Assembly: GCA_046484135.1 (NCBI GenBank) | Contig: JAWOBU010000153.1 | Span: 1-22,946, forward strand | DNA length: 22,946 nucleotides | Source: a bacterium | GTDB taxonomy: Bacteria > RBG-13-61-14 > DATKZS01 | Direction: 5' to 3' | Shown here: positions 1 to 8,691 of the stretch, piece after piece | Position numbering within the stretch: position 1 is the stretch's first letter | Layout of the letters: each line of letters opens with the position of its first letter | Made by a program: the position numbers and the translations under genes | Notes under the pieces: generated by a model | Seen by the model: only the letters and a program-made list of their open reading frames with translations | Told to the model about the DNA's origin: nothing | The model's database searches: none

Positions 1-61
1 CGGGCCCGGCAATGAGACCGGCCAGAAAAACCACGGCCATCACAAAGCAAATCCTTTTCAT
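1..61 (-). CDS. 5' end of a secreted/exported protein (partial, runs off the window)
   Basis: Not in the ORF track. The minus strand reads AAGGAG-tgttttc-ATG at 61, giving MKRICFVMAVVFLAGLIAGP..., a basic N-terminus plus hydrophobic stretch typical of a signal peptide. Confidence 0.7.
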   Translation of the reverse strand, partial: MKRICFVMAVVFLAGLIAGP

Positions 62-137
62 GAAAACACTCCTTGCCGAACGCACGAAAGAAAAAAACGC
101 GAAACGAATTCACTCGGACATCTTATAACATTCCTTC

Positions 138-1556
138 CTACTCCATGCCCAGCCTTTTCATCATCTGCTGGAGGCTCTGGCGGGTCAACCCAAGAGATTG
201 CGCGGCCTTGGTCTTGTTGCCGCCCGCTTCTTCCAGTGCGTCCGTTATCATCTTTTTCTTTAAGTTGTCCACCGCGGTCATGAGCTCGCCGGACTCCGCC
301 ACCTCGCTGTCCGCGGCAGGGTTGCTAACTATCTTGTCAGACAGGTCCGCCTCGGTTATCTCGGTCCCTTCCGCCATCATCACCGCTCGCTCGATCTCGT
401 TTTCCAGCTCTCTTACGTTACCGGGGAAAGAATACACAGAAAGAAGCTCAAGGGCCTTGTCGCTTATTTTCGTAACATCGCGGCCGAACTTCTTCCTTGC
501 CCTCTCCATTAAGTACCGGGCCAGGAGGGGCACGTCCCCTTTTCGTTCCCGGAGCGGCGGTATGTCCACCGGCACGATGCTGAGCCGGTAGTAGAGGTCC
601 TCGCGGAAGTTTCCTTCTTTTACCCGTTCCTCCAGCTTCTTGTTTGTCGCGGCTATGATCCTCACGTCCACCTGCCTGGTGTCCGCCTCCCCTACCCTCT
701 TCACTTCGCCTTCCTGGAGCACGCGGAGGAGCCGCACCTGCATGGCAGGCGAGGTTTCCGCTATCTCGTCCAGAAACACCGCCCCTCCATGGGCCTCCTC
801 GAAGATACCTTTCTTGTCCTCAATCGCGCCGGTGAAAGCCCCCTTTTTGTGCCCGAACAGCTCACTCTCCAGAAGTCCGTCCGGCAGGGCACCGCAGTTC
901 TGTACCAGAAGCTTCTTGTGACTGCGGGAGGAGTTGTAATGGATGGCCTTGGCTATGAGTTCTTTGCCGGTGCCGGTCTCGCCCAAGAGAAGCACGGTCA
1001 CCGGCGAGTCCGCCACCCGCCGCATGACCTGGAACAGCTTCTGCATGGCTTCGCTCGCGCCCACCAGCTCGTCAAAGCTGTACTTCTTCTCGACCTCCTG
1101 GCGGAGGCTTTCGCAGTCGGCCTGAAGCCGGAGGTTTGCCTCCTGAAGCTCCTGGAGAAGCCGCCGGTTCTCTTTGACCAGGGCATACTTTTCCGCGGCC
1201 TGGTCCACGGTAAGCCTGAGCTCGTGCGGCTCCCAGGGCTTCACCAGGTAGCGCCAGACCTCGCCGGCGTTGATGGCCGCGATCAGGTCCTCCATGTCCG
1301 TGTAAGCGGAAAGCACGAGCCGTACCGCGTCCGGCTGAATGGCCTTGGCTTCTTTCAGAAGCTCGACACCGGTCATGCCGGGCATGCGCTGGTCGGCAAT
1401 AATCACGCCGATCTCCCGCTCGCCGAGTACAGCCATGGCCTCTTCCGGGTCGGTGGTCCCGACCACCTGGTAATTCTCTTCAAAGGCCACGGTCAAGGAC
1501 TCGACTATGCCGGGTTCATCGTCAATTATTAAGATAGCGGGCTGATCGCTGCTCAT
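138..1556 (-). CDS. Sigma54-dependent two-component response regulator (NtrC/AtoC family; REC-AAA+-Fis HTH)
   Basis: Receiver domain (ILIIDDE, DQRMP), coiled-coil linker, Walker A GETGTGKE, ESELFGH-GAFTGA loop, Walker B FLDEI, FREDLYYRL, FPGNVREL and a C-terminal HTH (GGNKTKAAQSLGLTR). Confidence 0.96.
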   Translation of the reverse strand: MSSDQPAILIIDDEPGIVESLTVAFEENYQVVGTTDPEEAMAVLGEREIGVIIADQRMPGMTGVELLKEAKAIQPDAVRLVLSAYTDMEDLIAAINAGEVWRYLVKPWEPHELRLTVDQAAEKYALVKENRRLLQELQEANLRLQADCESLRQEVEKKYSFDELVGASEAMQKLFQVMRRVADSPVTVLLLGETGTGKELIAKAIHYNSSRSHKKLLVQNCGALPDGLLESELFGHKKGAFTGAIEDKKGIFEEAHGGAVFLDEIAETSPAMQVRLLRVLQEGEVKRVGEADTRQVDVRIIAATNKKLEERVKEGNFREDLYYRLSIVPVDIPPLRERKGDVPLLARYLMERARKKFGRDVTKISDKALELLSVYSFPGNVRELENEIERAVMMAEGTEITEADLSDKIVSNPAADSEVAESGELMTAVDNLKKKMITDALEEAGGNKTKAAQSLGLTRQSLQQMMKRLGME

Positions 1557-1697
1557 AACAGGGAACTGTCCTTTCGCTTAGGGGTCCCTACTAGCGTCTT
1601 TGACAAATGCGTTATAACAGATGTGCAAGCGCCAATAATCGCGACTTCCGTGGCTCGCACGACCAATGAATTTTTTATTATAACCCCGAAGTTCTTT

Positions 1698-3407
1698 TCA
1701 GCGCACCTCCATGGGGCCGGGCGTTATTGCCAGGGGCCGGCCGGGCTCGAACATGCCATACACCCGGACGGCGTTCAGGAGCTTCTTTTCAGCAGGGGTC
1801 AACATGCCCTGGAACCGCTCGCCCGCTTTTCCGGTGATTATGTCCCACAAAGATGCGGGCTCGCGCTTGTAAAGCAGGACGACCTTTTCGTCAGGCGCGA
1901 CTCCCAGCATCTTCTTGACCTTTTGCAGTGCCGCGTGATAGCCGCCAACGTCGTCCACCAGTCCTTTTTCTTTGGCCTGAGCGCCCGTCCATACGCGGCC
2001 TCTCCCGATCTCGTTCACTCTCTCTTTGGTAAGGTCCCGTCCCTGGCTCACCCGGCTGAGAAAAAGATCATAGGTGGAAGCAATGCTCTGGTGGACCTTT
2101 TCCATCTCCTTTTCCTTGAGCTTTCGATGGAAGTTGTTCATGGTGGCATACTCTCCTCTTTGCAGGGTCTCAGTCCCCACCCCGATCTTGTCCAGCAACT
2201 TGCCTATGCTGAGGTGGGCGGTAAGGATGCCGATGGAGCCGGTCAAAGTGCCGGGCTGGGCGAAGACCGCGTCCGCGCCGCAGGACACGTAGTATCCGCC
2301 GGAGGCCGCAGAATCGGACATGGACACCACGACGGGCTTTTCCTTCTTGACCCTTTGGGTGGCCCTCCAGATGAGGTCGGAAGCCAGGGCCGATCCTCCG
2401 CCCGAGTTCACGCGGAATATGACTGCGTCAATGTCGGGCTCCTTCATGACCTTTTCCAGTTGTTTGACCATGTCATCCGAGGCCATGACGGGCATGGAGG
2501 ACAGCGGCGAGCTTTGCTGCTCACCGTAGATAATACTTCCCACTCCAAAGATCACGGCCACCCTCTTTTTGCCGAAGCTCTTCTGCCGGGACTCGAGGTA
2601 TGACAGATACTGTTTCTCTTTGGCCACCAGGTCGGGTTTTTTTCCGGCCAGCTTCTCGATTAGTTCATCCTCATAAGCCAGGCCGTCCGCGGCGCCGGAC
2701 TCGACGTACTTCTCCGGAACGATCCAGGCCTGGTCTATCCAATTTTCCACCGCGTCCCGGCTTACCTCGCGTCCTTGGGCAATGTCCCCGGTGAACTGTG
2801 AGTAAAGGCTGTCCAGAAGCGAGCTCTGCATCCTGCGCTCCGCGTCCGACATGTCCTTTCTGGAAAGCATGTCCGCGAAGCTCTTGTACTCCTTGATCTT
2901 GTTCACCTGCATGTCCATGTAAATCTTGTCCCACAGTCCGCCCAGGTAGAAGCGGAACACGGACAGGCCGGTAAGATGAAGGTTGGAAGCAGGGCTCAGA
3001 TATACCTGGTCCGCGGCGCTTGCTATGTAATACTCCTTGTTGCCGCCGCTTTCGACCTCGAGGTAGGCGTAAACCGGCTTGTCCGACTCTTCCTTGAACC
3101 GGAGGATGGCCTCGCGGAACTCCTGGGCGGTGGCGTAGCCGTATTCGGCATCGGAAATCTTTACTAAAAGAGCGCCGATCATCTTGTCCGAAGCCGCTCC
3201 TTCAATGCAGGTAAGCTTGTCCAGGACCAGCAGCTTGTCTTCCTGGAACATGCTGAGCAGGGGATTGTAAGGAACCGTCTCCGGGATGTCGCCGCCCAGG
3301 TCCACCACCAGCACCGAGTTCATCTTGAAACCGCTCGTCCGAAAACCCACGGTAGCGAAAACCGTGATAAGAAGCGCCAACATAACCAAAAGCCTGGATT
3401 TCTTCAT
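1698..3407 (-). CDS. sppA: Signal peptide peptidase SppA (protease IV, long two-domain S49 type)
   Basis: N-terminal TM anchor; N-domain YYIASAAD and EYKS (catalytic Lys); C-domain RVNSGGGSALASD, AASGGYY (catalytic Ser), TGSIGI, GRVWTGAQA. RBS AAGGAGG upstream. Confidence 0.95.
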   Translation of the reverse strand: MKKSRLLVMLALLITVFATVGFRTSGFKMNSVLVVDLGGDIPETVPYNPLLSMFQEDKLLVLDKLTCIEGAASDKMIGALLVKISDAEYGYATAQEFREAILRFKEESDKPVYAYLEVESGGNKEYYIASAADQVYLSPASNLHLTGLSVFRFYLGGLWDKIYMDMQVNKIKEYKSFADMLSRKDMSDAERRMQSSLLDSLYSQFTGDIAQGREVSRDAVENWIDQAWIVPEKYVESGAADGLAYEDELIEKLAGKKPDLVAKEKQYLSYLESRQKSFGKKRVAVIFGVGSIIYGEQQSSPLSSMPVMASDDMVKQLEKVMKEPDIDAVIFRVNSGGGSALASDLIWRATQRVKKEKPVVVSMSDSAASGGYYVSCGADAVFAQPGTLTGSIGILTAHLSIGKLLDKIGVGTETLQRGEYATMNNFHRKLKEKEMEKVHQSIASTYDLFLSRVSQGRDLTKERVNEIGRGRVWTGAQAKEKGLVDDVGGYHAALQKVKKMLGVAPDEKVVLLYKREPASLWDIITGKAGERFQGMLTPAEKKLLNAVRVYGMFEPGRPLAITPGPMEVR

Positions 3408-3508
3408 TGAGGTCCTCCTTGCAGTGTTTTTAAAGCATCACCCTTGCAGAAACTTTCCGCGGGTGTCGCATGTCTCTCCCTTGATTCTATAACGCGAAGC
3501 AACACAAG

Positions 3509-4840
3509 TTAAACACCAGCCCTGTCCGCGTGCTCGCGCATGGCGTTTACCGCTCTTTCCGAAAGCAGTCTTTTCCGGTCCGCTTTTTTGTGCTTGCCCG
3601 GCAGAGACTCGAGGATGCCGAAGTTGGCGTTCATGGGCTCGAGCTTTTCTTTTTCCGGGTCGGTAATGTAATGGATAAGCGCGCCGATCATGGTCTGGCA
3701 AGAAGGCAGGAAAGGCCCTTCTCCGGAAAGCCGGCGGCGTGCGTTTATTCCCGCCATGATGCCGGTGGCCGCGCTTTCCAGGTATCCTTCCACGCCCGAT
3801 ATCTGGCCGGCGAAAAAGATGCGGGGATCATTCCGGAGCGATATGTCCGTGTTCAGGAGGCGGGGCGAGTTCAGGTAGGTGTTCCTGTGGATGCTTCCGA
3901 ACCTTGCGAACTCGGCGCGCTCCAGCCCGGGTATCATGCGGAAGATGCGCTCCTGCTCCGGCCGGGCGAGCCTGGTCTGGAAGCCCACCATGTTGTAAAG
4001 AGTGCCCTCTGCATTGTCTTGCCGGAGCTGGACCACTGCGTAAGGCCTCTTGCCGGTCTGGGGGTCAGTAATTCCCACCGGTTTCAAAGGACCGTGTGCA
4101 AGGGTCTCCCTGCCACGCTCGGCCAGGACCTCGAGAGGAAGACATCCCTCAAAGTAAAGAGGGTCCTCGAAGTCCCGGAGAGGGGTACGGCGCGCTTTTA
4201 AAATCTCGCCCACGAACGCGTGGTAGTCTTTTTCGTAGAGAGGACAGTTTATATAATCGTCTCCGCCCTTGCCGTACCTGGAGGCCCGGAAGGCCACGTT
4301 CATGTCAATGCTTTCCGCAAACACGATAGGGGCGATCGCGTCATAAAAGAAAAGCCGGGACTCTCCGGTCAGCCGGGCGATGGCGTGGGCCATGGGGTCT
4401 GAGGTCAAGGGGCCGGTGGCGATAATAACGGCCCCTTCCGTCGGCAGCTCTTGAACTTCCTGCCGCACGATCTTAACGGTGTCGAGCTCCGATACCATCT
4501 CAGTAATGCGGCGGGAGAACTTCTCGCGGTCCACCGCCAGGGCGGAGCCGGCGGGAACGCGGGTTTCGTGAGCCGCTTTCATGACCAGGGAGTCCAGTAT
4601 CTCCATCTCCGCCTTGAGCAGACCGGAAGCGTTGTTCAATGAATCTGACTTAAGCGAGTTCGAGCAGACCAGCTCGGCAAGCTCCCCCGTCTGATGCGCC
4701 GGAGTGAACTTGCCCGGCCTCATCTCGTAAAGCGAGACCGGCACGCCGCTCCTGCCAAGCCTCCAGGCGGCTTCGCAGCCGGCAAGTCCTCCTCCGATCA
4801 CGGTGACCTCGCAAGGAGCAGCGCGGGAACCATCCAACAT
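3509..4840 (-). CDS. trmFO: FAD/folate-dependent tRNA (uracil-5-)-methyltransferase TrmFO (Gid)
   Basis: VIGGGLAGCEAAW Rossmann motif, ELVCSNSL, ATGPLT, FYDAIAP, YFEGCLP, GPLKPVG, YNMVGFQT, HRNTY, AGQISGVEGYLESAA, PMNANFG. Start placed at ATG 4840 rather than the ORF-track start at 4885. Confidence 0.97.
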   Translation of the reverse strand: MLDGSRAAPCEVTVIGGGLAGCEAAWRLGRSGVPVSLYEMRPGKFTPAHQTGELAELVCSNSLKSDSLNNASGLLKAEMEILDSLVMKAAHETRVPAGSALAVDREKFSRRITEMVSELDTVKIVRQEVQELPTEGAVIIATGPLTSDPMAHAIARLTGESRLFFYDAIAPIVFAESIDMNVAFRASRYGKGGDDYINCPLYEKDYHAFVGEILKARRTPLRDFEDPLYFEGCLPLEVLAERGRETLAHGPLKPVGITDPQTGKRPYAVVQLRQDNAEGTLYNMVGFQTRLARPEQERIFRMIPGLERAEFARFGSIHRNTYLNSPRLLNTDISLRNDPRIFFAGQISGVEGYLESAATGIMAGINARRRLSGEGPFLPSCQTMIGALIHYITDPEKEKLEPMNANFGILESLPGKHKKADRKRLLSERAVNAMREHADRAGV

Positions 4841-4889
4841 AGAAGGTAAGTTAACCCAAGCCGCAATGATGAGCAAGCAAAGCAAAGGT

Positions 4890-4918
4890 TTGCCTTTTTA
4901 ATAACTCCGCGATAAAAT
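4890..4918 (+). promoter_or_regulatory. Putative sigma70 promoter of the amidase gene
   Basis: TTGCCT (4890-4895), 17 bp, TAAAAT (4913-4918), in the AT-rich divergent spacer 58 bp before ATG 4977. Confidence 0.55.
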
Positions 4919-4976
4919 ATTAATTGTGATCGGTTCATTGTTCTAAGCGGAAAAAGCTCGAGCGGGAGATGTTCTA

Positions 4977-6884
4977 ATGCGGACGCGATTCTGGAAGCGG
5001 GGGTGGACGGTCGCCTTCTTTGCGGCTCTCCTTCTGATCCATACCACCGGTTACTCGCGGACCTCGGATTGCGTGGTCGAGTATAACCGGGCGGCCGAAG
5101 ATTACTACCACTACAAGCAAGAATCAAGCTTAAAGCCGGACCAGTGCCAGACACTCATGGATTCCTTCCAATCAGTGGCCGGCTCGCACCCGAACTGTCA
5201 CAAGGCGGATGACGCGCTTTACATGGTGGGATTCCTGGCCATCAGGGCCTACCGGGCGGGTGGAGACCCCGAGTACCTGGACCGGGCGCTTGATTCCTTT
5301 CAAACCCTTATCCACGACTACCGGGACAGCTCGCTGGCTGACGACGCCCAGTACTTGTGCGGGGAGGTCGAGCTTATTCGCGGCGATTTCGAAAGCGCGG
5401 AACAAGCCTATCAAAAAACCCTCGAGTTCAGAAGCGGGGACATGGGCAAAAAGGCCATGAACCGCCTCCAGGAGATAGAAGTCAAGAAGTCCTCGGAGGA
5501 CCTGGTTAAAGCCCCGGCAGAGAAACCCGAAGAGAAAGAAACAGCCGAACCGGAGGGGACGCAAGAGTCGCCTGCTTCCGGGGATGAGAAAGAAGAACTT
5601 CCTTCCCTTCCGCAAGAGTACTTATCCGGCAATACTTCTGAAAAACCGGATGCCGCCACTGAAAAGGTTTCGGAAGACCTTCAAGAGGAAACCAGTTCCG
5701 GCAACGGTCATCCTGACAATCTGGCGCGGCTTTTGGAAATCCGGCACTGGTCGAACCAGGACTACACCCGGGTGGTGGTGGACCTGGACCGCGAGGTCCC
5801 TTACAAACCGCCTCACCTCTTGAAGCCGGACCCGGAGCTGGGAACACCGCCCCGGCTGTACATAGACTTTGAAGGCGTGGCCATATCCAAGTCCTTCCGC
5901 CAGCGGGAAAGCACCCAGGAAGGATGTTACGGCTACGCCCTGTCCATCGGCGACGGCCTTTTGAAAAAGGCCCGGGCCGGCCAGTACAAAAAGGACGTGG
6001 TCCGGGTGGTACTGGACATCGAAAGGATTGATCACTACAAGGCGTTTGCACTTCCCGGAGACCCTTTTCGCTACGTTATAGACGTCTATGGCGACGCCGC
6101 GGAGAAATCGCCGCCGGGAGTGGCTTCAGAAAGAGAGAAGAAAGACCCGGAAAAGAAGCGCCGCTCTCCCGACCGCAAGTTCGTGGTCGTCCTTGATCCC
6201 GGCCACGGCGGCAAAGACCCGGGCGCAGTCGGACCCTCTGGAACTTATGAAAAAGACATTGTGCTCGCTCTCGCCAAGCGGACCAAGAAGACTCTCTCTG
6301 CACGACGGCCGGACGTCGAGGTCCGGCTGACCCGTACGGACGACCGCTTTCTGACGCTGGTTGAAAGGACTGCCATGGCCAACACCATGGGCGCAGACCT
6401 TTTTGTGTCCATCCACTGCAATGCGGCCCGGACCTCAAATGCGGCGGGGATCGAGAGCTATTACCTGGACAACACCACTGACCGGGCCTCCCTGAAGCTC
6501 GCAGCCAAGGAGAACTTTGTAACCGAAAAGACCATGCGCAAGACCAAGGACACCACTAACCTGATCCTGGCCGACATGATAACGAGCTCGAAGGTGGAAG
6601 ACTCGGTGCCCCTGGCGCGGTATGTCCAGAAGTCCATGATCTCGCACGTGAGCAGAAAGTATCCTGACACCAAGGACAAAGGTGTCAAAAAAGCTCCTTT
6701 CTGGGTCCTTACCGGAGCGACCATGCCCGCCGTGCTTTTGGAGGTCAACTTTATAAGCAACCCCAAAGAAGAAAAAAGACTCCGGTCAAGCCGCTATCAG
6801 CAGGAAGTGGCGAGCTCCATCGCACTCGGCATTACCGATTACCTGGACAATTACCGGTTCGTGACCATGAACCGGGAGAAATAG
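4977..6884 (+). CDS. N-acetylmuramoyl-L-alanine amidase (signal peptide, TPR/BamD-like repeats, acidic linker, AMIN, Amidase_3)
   Basis: KADDALY and LADDAQY TPR-like helices; IRHWS..YTRVVVDL and VVRVVLD AMIN segments; Amidase_3 motifs LDPGHGGKDPGA, EKDIVL, LTRTDD, FVSIHCNA, APFWVL, MPAVLLEVNFISN. Confidence 0.94.
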   Translation: MRTRFWKRGWTVAFFAALLLIHTTGYSRTSDCVVEYNRAAEDYYHYKQESSLKPDQCQTLMDSFQSVAGSHPNCHKADDALYMVGFLAIRAYRAGGDPEYLDRALDSFQTLIHDYRDSSLADDAQYLCGEVELIRGDFESAEQAYQKTLEFRSGDMGKKAMNRLQEIEVKKSSEDLVKAPAEKPEEKETAEPEGTQESPASGDEKEELPSLPQEYLSGNTSEKPDAATEKVSEDLQEETSSGNGHPDNLARLLEIRHWSNQDYTRVVVDLDREVPYKPPHLLKPDPELGTPPRLYIDFEGVAISKSFRQRESTQEGCYGYALSIGDGLLKKARAGQYKKDVVRVVLDIERIDHYKAFALPGDPFRYVIDVYGDAAEKSPPGVASEREKKDPEKKRRSPDRKFVVVLDPGHGGKDPGAVGPSGTYEKDIVLALAKRTKKTLSARRPDVEVRLTRTDDRFLTLVERTAMANTMGADLFVSIHCNAARTSNAAGIESYYLDNTTDRASLKLAAKENFVTEKTMRKTKDTTNLILADMITSSKVEDSVPLARYVQKSMISHVSRKYPDTKDKGVKKAPFWVLTGATMPAVLLEVNFISNPKEEKRLRSSRYQQEVASSIALGITDYLDNYRFVTMNREK

Positions 6885-6923
6885 TTTTTTGCCAAATGCT
6901 TTCCCTGGAATTAGAGAGGGTCC

Positions 6924-6953
6924 TGCGAGCGGCTTAAGCCGTGATTTCCGTCG
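6924..6953. repeat. REP-like 30-bp palindromic repeat, copy 1
   Basis: TGCGAGCGGCTTAAGCCGTGATTTCCGTCG; 26/30 identical to 9522-9551; core hairpin GCGGCT-TA-AGCCGT. Confidence 0.75.
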
Positions 6954-6983
6954 GCCTTTATTGCCCTTTTAATACCGATGAAA

Positions 6984-7152
6984 CCTTTGGACTGCGCCTG
7001 CCTGCACCCTTTGGACTGCGGAAGCTTGCTTACGCTTTGTCTTCCGGCAAGCTCGCTTGACTGTCTTGGCTGCCCTCCGTCTTGGTTGCATGTATAAAGC
7101 AAGTAGTTCCGGTGTCTATCATAACGGGAGCAAGCTCCCTGACGGAAAGCGG
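6984..7152. repeat. REPIN-like multi-hairpin element (degenerate or truncated)
   Basis: Direct repeat CCTTTGGACTGCG at 6984-6996 and 7008-7020; hairpins GCGGAAGC-TT-GCTTACGC (7018-7035), CAAGC-TC-GCTTG (7048-7059) and GGGAGC-AA-GCTCCC (7126-7139); inverted CGCTTT (7033-7038) / AAAGCG (7146-7151). Confidence 0.6.
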
Positions 7153-7165
7153 CGGCCCCGCCCCT

Positions 7166-8374
7166 TCAATCCCCTCCGGTCAGCCTGCCTTCTTTATAGA
7201 TTCTCTCGGCGATGCGGTCGAGCCGCTCCATGACGGCGTTAGGCGGGGTAGAGTCCGCGATGCCCAGGATCACTCGCCTGCCCGGCTTGATGGATTCGAA
7301 CAGCCCGTCCAGCCACGCCTCGAACTGCTCGTCGTCGGTGTTCTCCCGCAGGGTAATGCACTCGGGGATGCAGCCCATCAGCGTCATGGAATCGGCCCAC
7401 TTCTCGTAGTACTCGCCTATGCTCACCTTGGTCATGGGGTGCGGGGTGAGCGACTCGGCCACGTCGGCGCCGCTTTTCGGGATCAGGTCCATGAGGCCCT
7501 TGTTCTCGCCGTCGGTGTGGGTGGCCACCAGCTTGCCGGCGTTGTGCAGCCTCTCCGTCGCCTTCTTGAGCCACGGCAGAATTTCCTTCTCGAAGTAGGG
7601 CGGATACGTGAGCATGTCGTCGTAGTTCGCTCCCCACAGGACCACCTCGGCCGGAGAGTCGCAAAGCAAATCCAGGACCTTGTCGAAGTACACGCCCACG
7701 CCTTCGGCCAACTCGGCCAGGGCGTCGTAGTGATCAACGTACTCGAGGAAAAACGCAGTGGGGTCGAGGAACTCCTTTTGCACGTGGTGCATGGGAGAGG
7801 CCGCCAGGGACGCGCCGCCCACGGCCACCACTCCGCAGTCGCCGATCTCGTCGATGTACTCGCGGGCGCCGTCGAAGTTCTCGGAGACCTCGAGGTTCGC
7901 GAATATGTAGGCGAGGGCCGGCACGTCCTGGGGGCCCTTGATGGCGTGCTCTCGGGTCCAGCCCAGGGACGCGCCCTGTTTCTTCATCTCCTCGGTCCAG
8001 CCTCCCACCGTGCGTATCCTGCCCTTCGGCGTGTGATAGTCAATGGTCTGGAGACCTCCCTTTTCCGCGATCTCGATATCCACGTCGTCGGGAAAGCGGA
8101 AGGCATACGCCGACTGCCGAAAGTTGTAAAGCCCCAGCGCCCGGTGGAGGATGTCCTCGGGGCCCCGCATCATGTTCGAGAAGTCGGGCACCATGTGGTA
8201 ACAGGCGAAACCCTTTTCGCGGCTGATGTCGTCCGGCTTCATCTCGGCGTACTCCTCGGGAAGCGAGCCCGCGAGCTTGTTCGAAAGCCACCAAAGGTCC
8301 AGCCGGGGAGCGAAGGGGATCACGTCCACCTCTTCGCCTCTCATGACTCGAAGCATTCTCTCCTTGTGCGTCAT
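7166..8374 (-). CDS. Uroporphyrinogen decarboxylase/MtaA-fold family protein (probable corrinoid-dependent methyltransferase component)
   Basis: Family-typical start MTHKERMLRVMRGEEVDVIPF, TPKGRIR, PPYFEKEILPWLK, HTDG and C-terminal LGIADSTPPNA. Too divergent to be canonical HemE. Confidence 0.8.
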   Translation of the reverse strand: MTHKERMLRVMRGEEVDVIPFAPRLDLWWLSNKLAGSLPEEYAEMKPDDISREKGFACYHMVPDFSNMMRGPEDILHRALGLYNFRQSAYAFRFPDDVDIEIAEKGGLQTIDYHTPKGRIRTVGGWTEEMKKQGASLGWTREHAIKGPQDVPALAYIFANLEVSENFDGAREYIDEIGDCGVVAVGGASLAASPMHHVQKEFLDPTAFFLEYVDHYDALAELAEGVGVYFDKVLDLLCDSPAEVVLWGANYDDMLTYPPYFEKEILPWLKKATERLHNAGKLVATHTDGENKGLMDLIPKSGADVAESLTPHPMTKVSIGEYYEKWADSMTLMGCIPECITLRENTDDEQFEAWLDGLFESIKPGRRVILGIADSTPPNAVMERLDRIAERIYKEGRLTGGD

Positions 8375-8425
8375 CGCGAAATCCTTTTGGCGGCCCGGAA
8401 GATATCTTTACCTGAGATTATGCGG

Positions 8426-8496
8426 CAAGCCGCCCTCGCAACATTTCCAAATCGCAAATCCGTCTTCATAGACCTGATCAAGCCGCCCTCGCTACA
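8426..8496. repeat. Direct repeat CAAGCCGCCCTCGC(A/T)ACA x2
   Basis: Exact 14-mer at 8426-8439 and 8479-8492, each followed by (A/T)ACA; 53-bp period; upstream of the UroD-family gene. Confidence 0.7.
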
Positions 8497-8646
8497 ATCC
8501 GGGCGTTTCTCGCGCCGACTGACAGGCACAAACAACGGACTCGATCCACCTAAAACACAATGTGAGCATACCGACCCAAAAACCCCATGTCAATCAACAA
8601 ATTTGTCCGGGAGAAACACGGCCAGGCTAACCATAACCAAGCTTTT

Positions 8647-8691
8647 CCAGGGGCTAACCCCCCTGGCTAATCTACAACGCTCCGTTGGAGC
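8647..8691. repeat. Twin-hairpin REP-like unit
   Basis: CCAGGGG-CTAACC-CCCCTGG (8647-8666) followed by GCTCC-GTT-GGAGC (8679-8691). Confidence 0.5.

Noticed and set aside
1623..2603. 326-aa + ORF and similar long antisense ORFs (9854-10894, 12764-13597, 15562-16425, 18070-18876, 20650-21537, 21622-22398)
   Set aside because: Each lies opposite a well-supported gene and shows the composition typical of reverse-strand shadows in GC-rich DNA.
4841..4885. N-terminal extension of TrmFO in the ORF track
   Set aside because: TrmFO begins just before the Rossmann motif; ATG 4840 fits and the extension lies in promoter DNA.
6984..7020. Possible mini-CRISPR from short direct repeats (also 8426-8496)
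   Set aside because: Only two copies each, repeats of 13-18 bp, and no cas genes.
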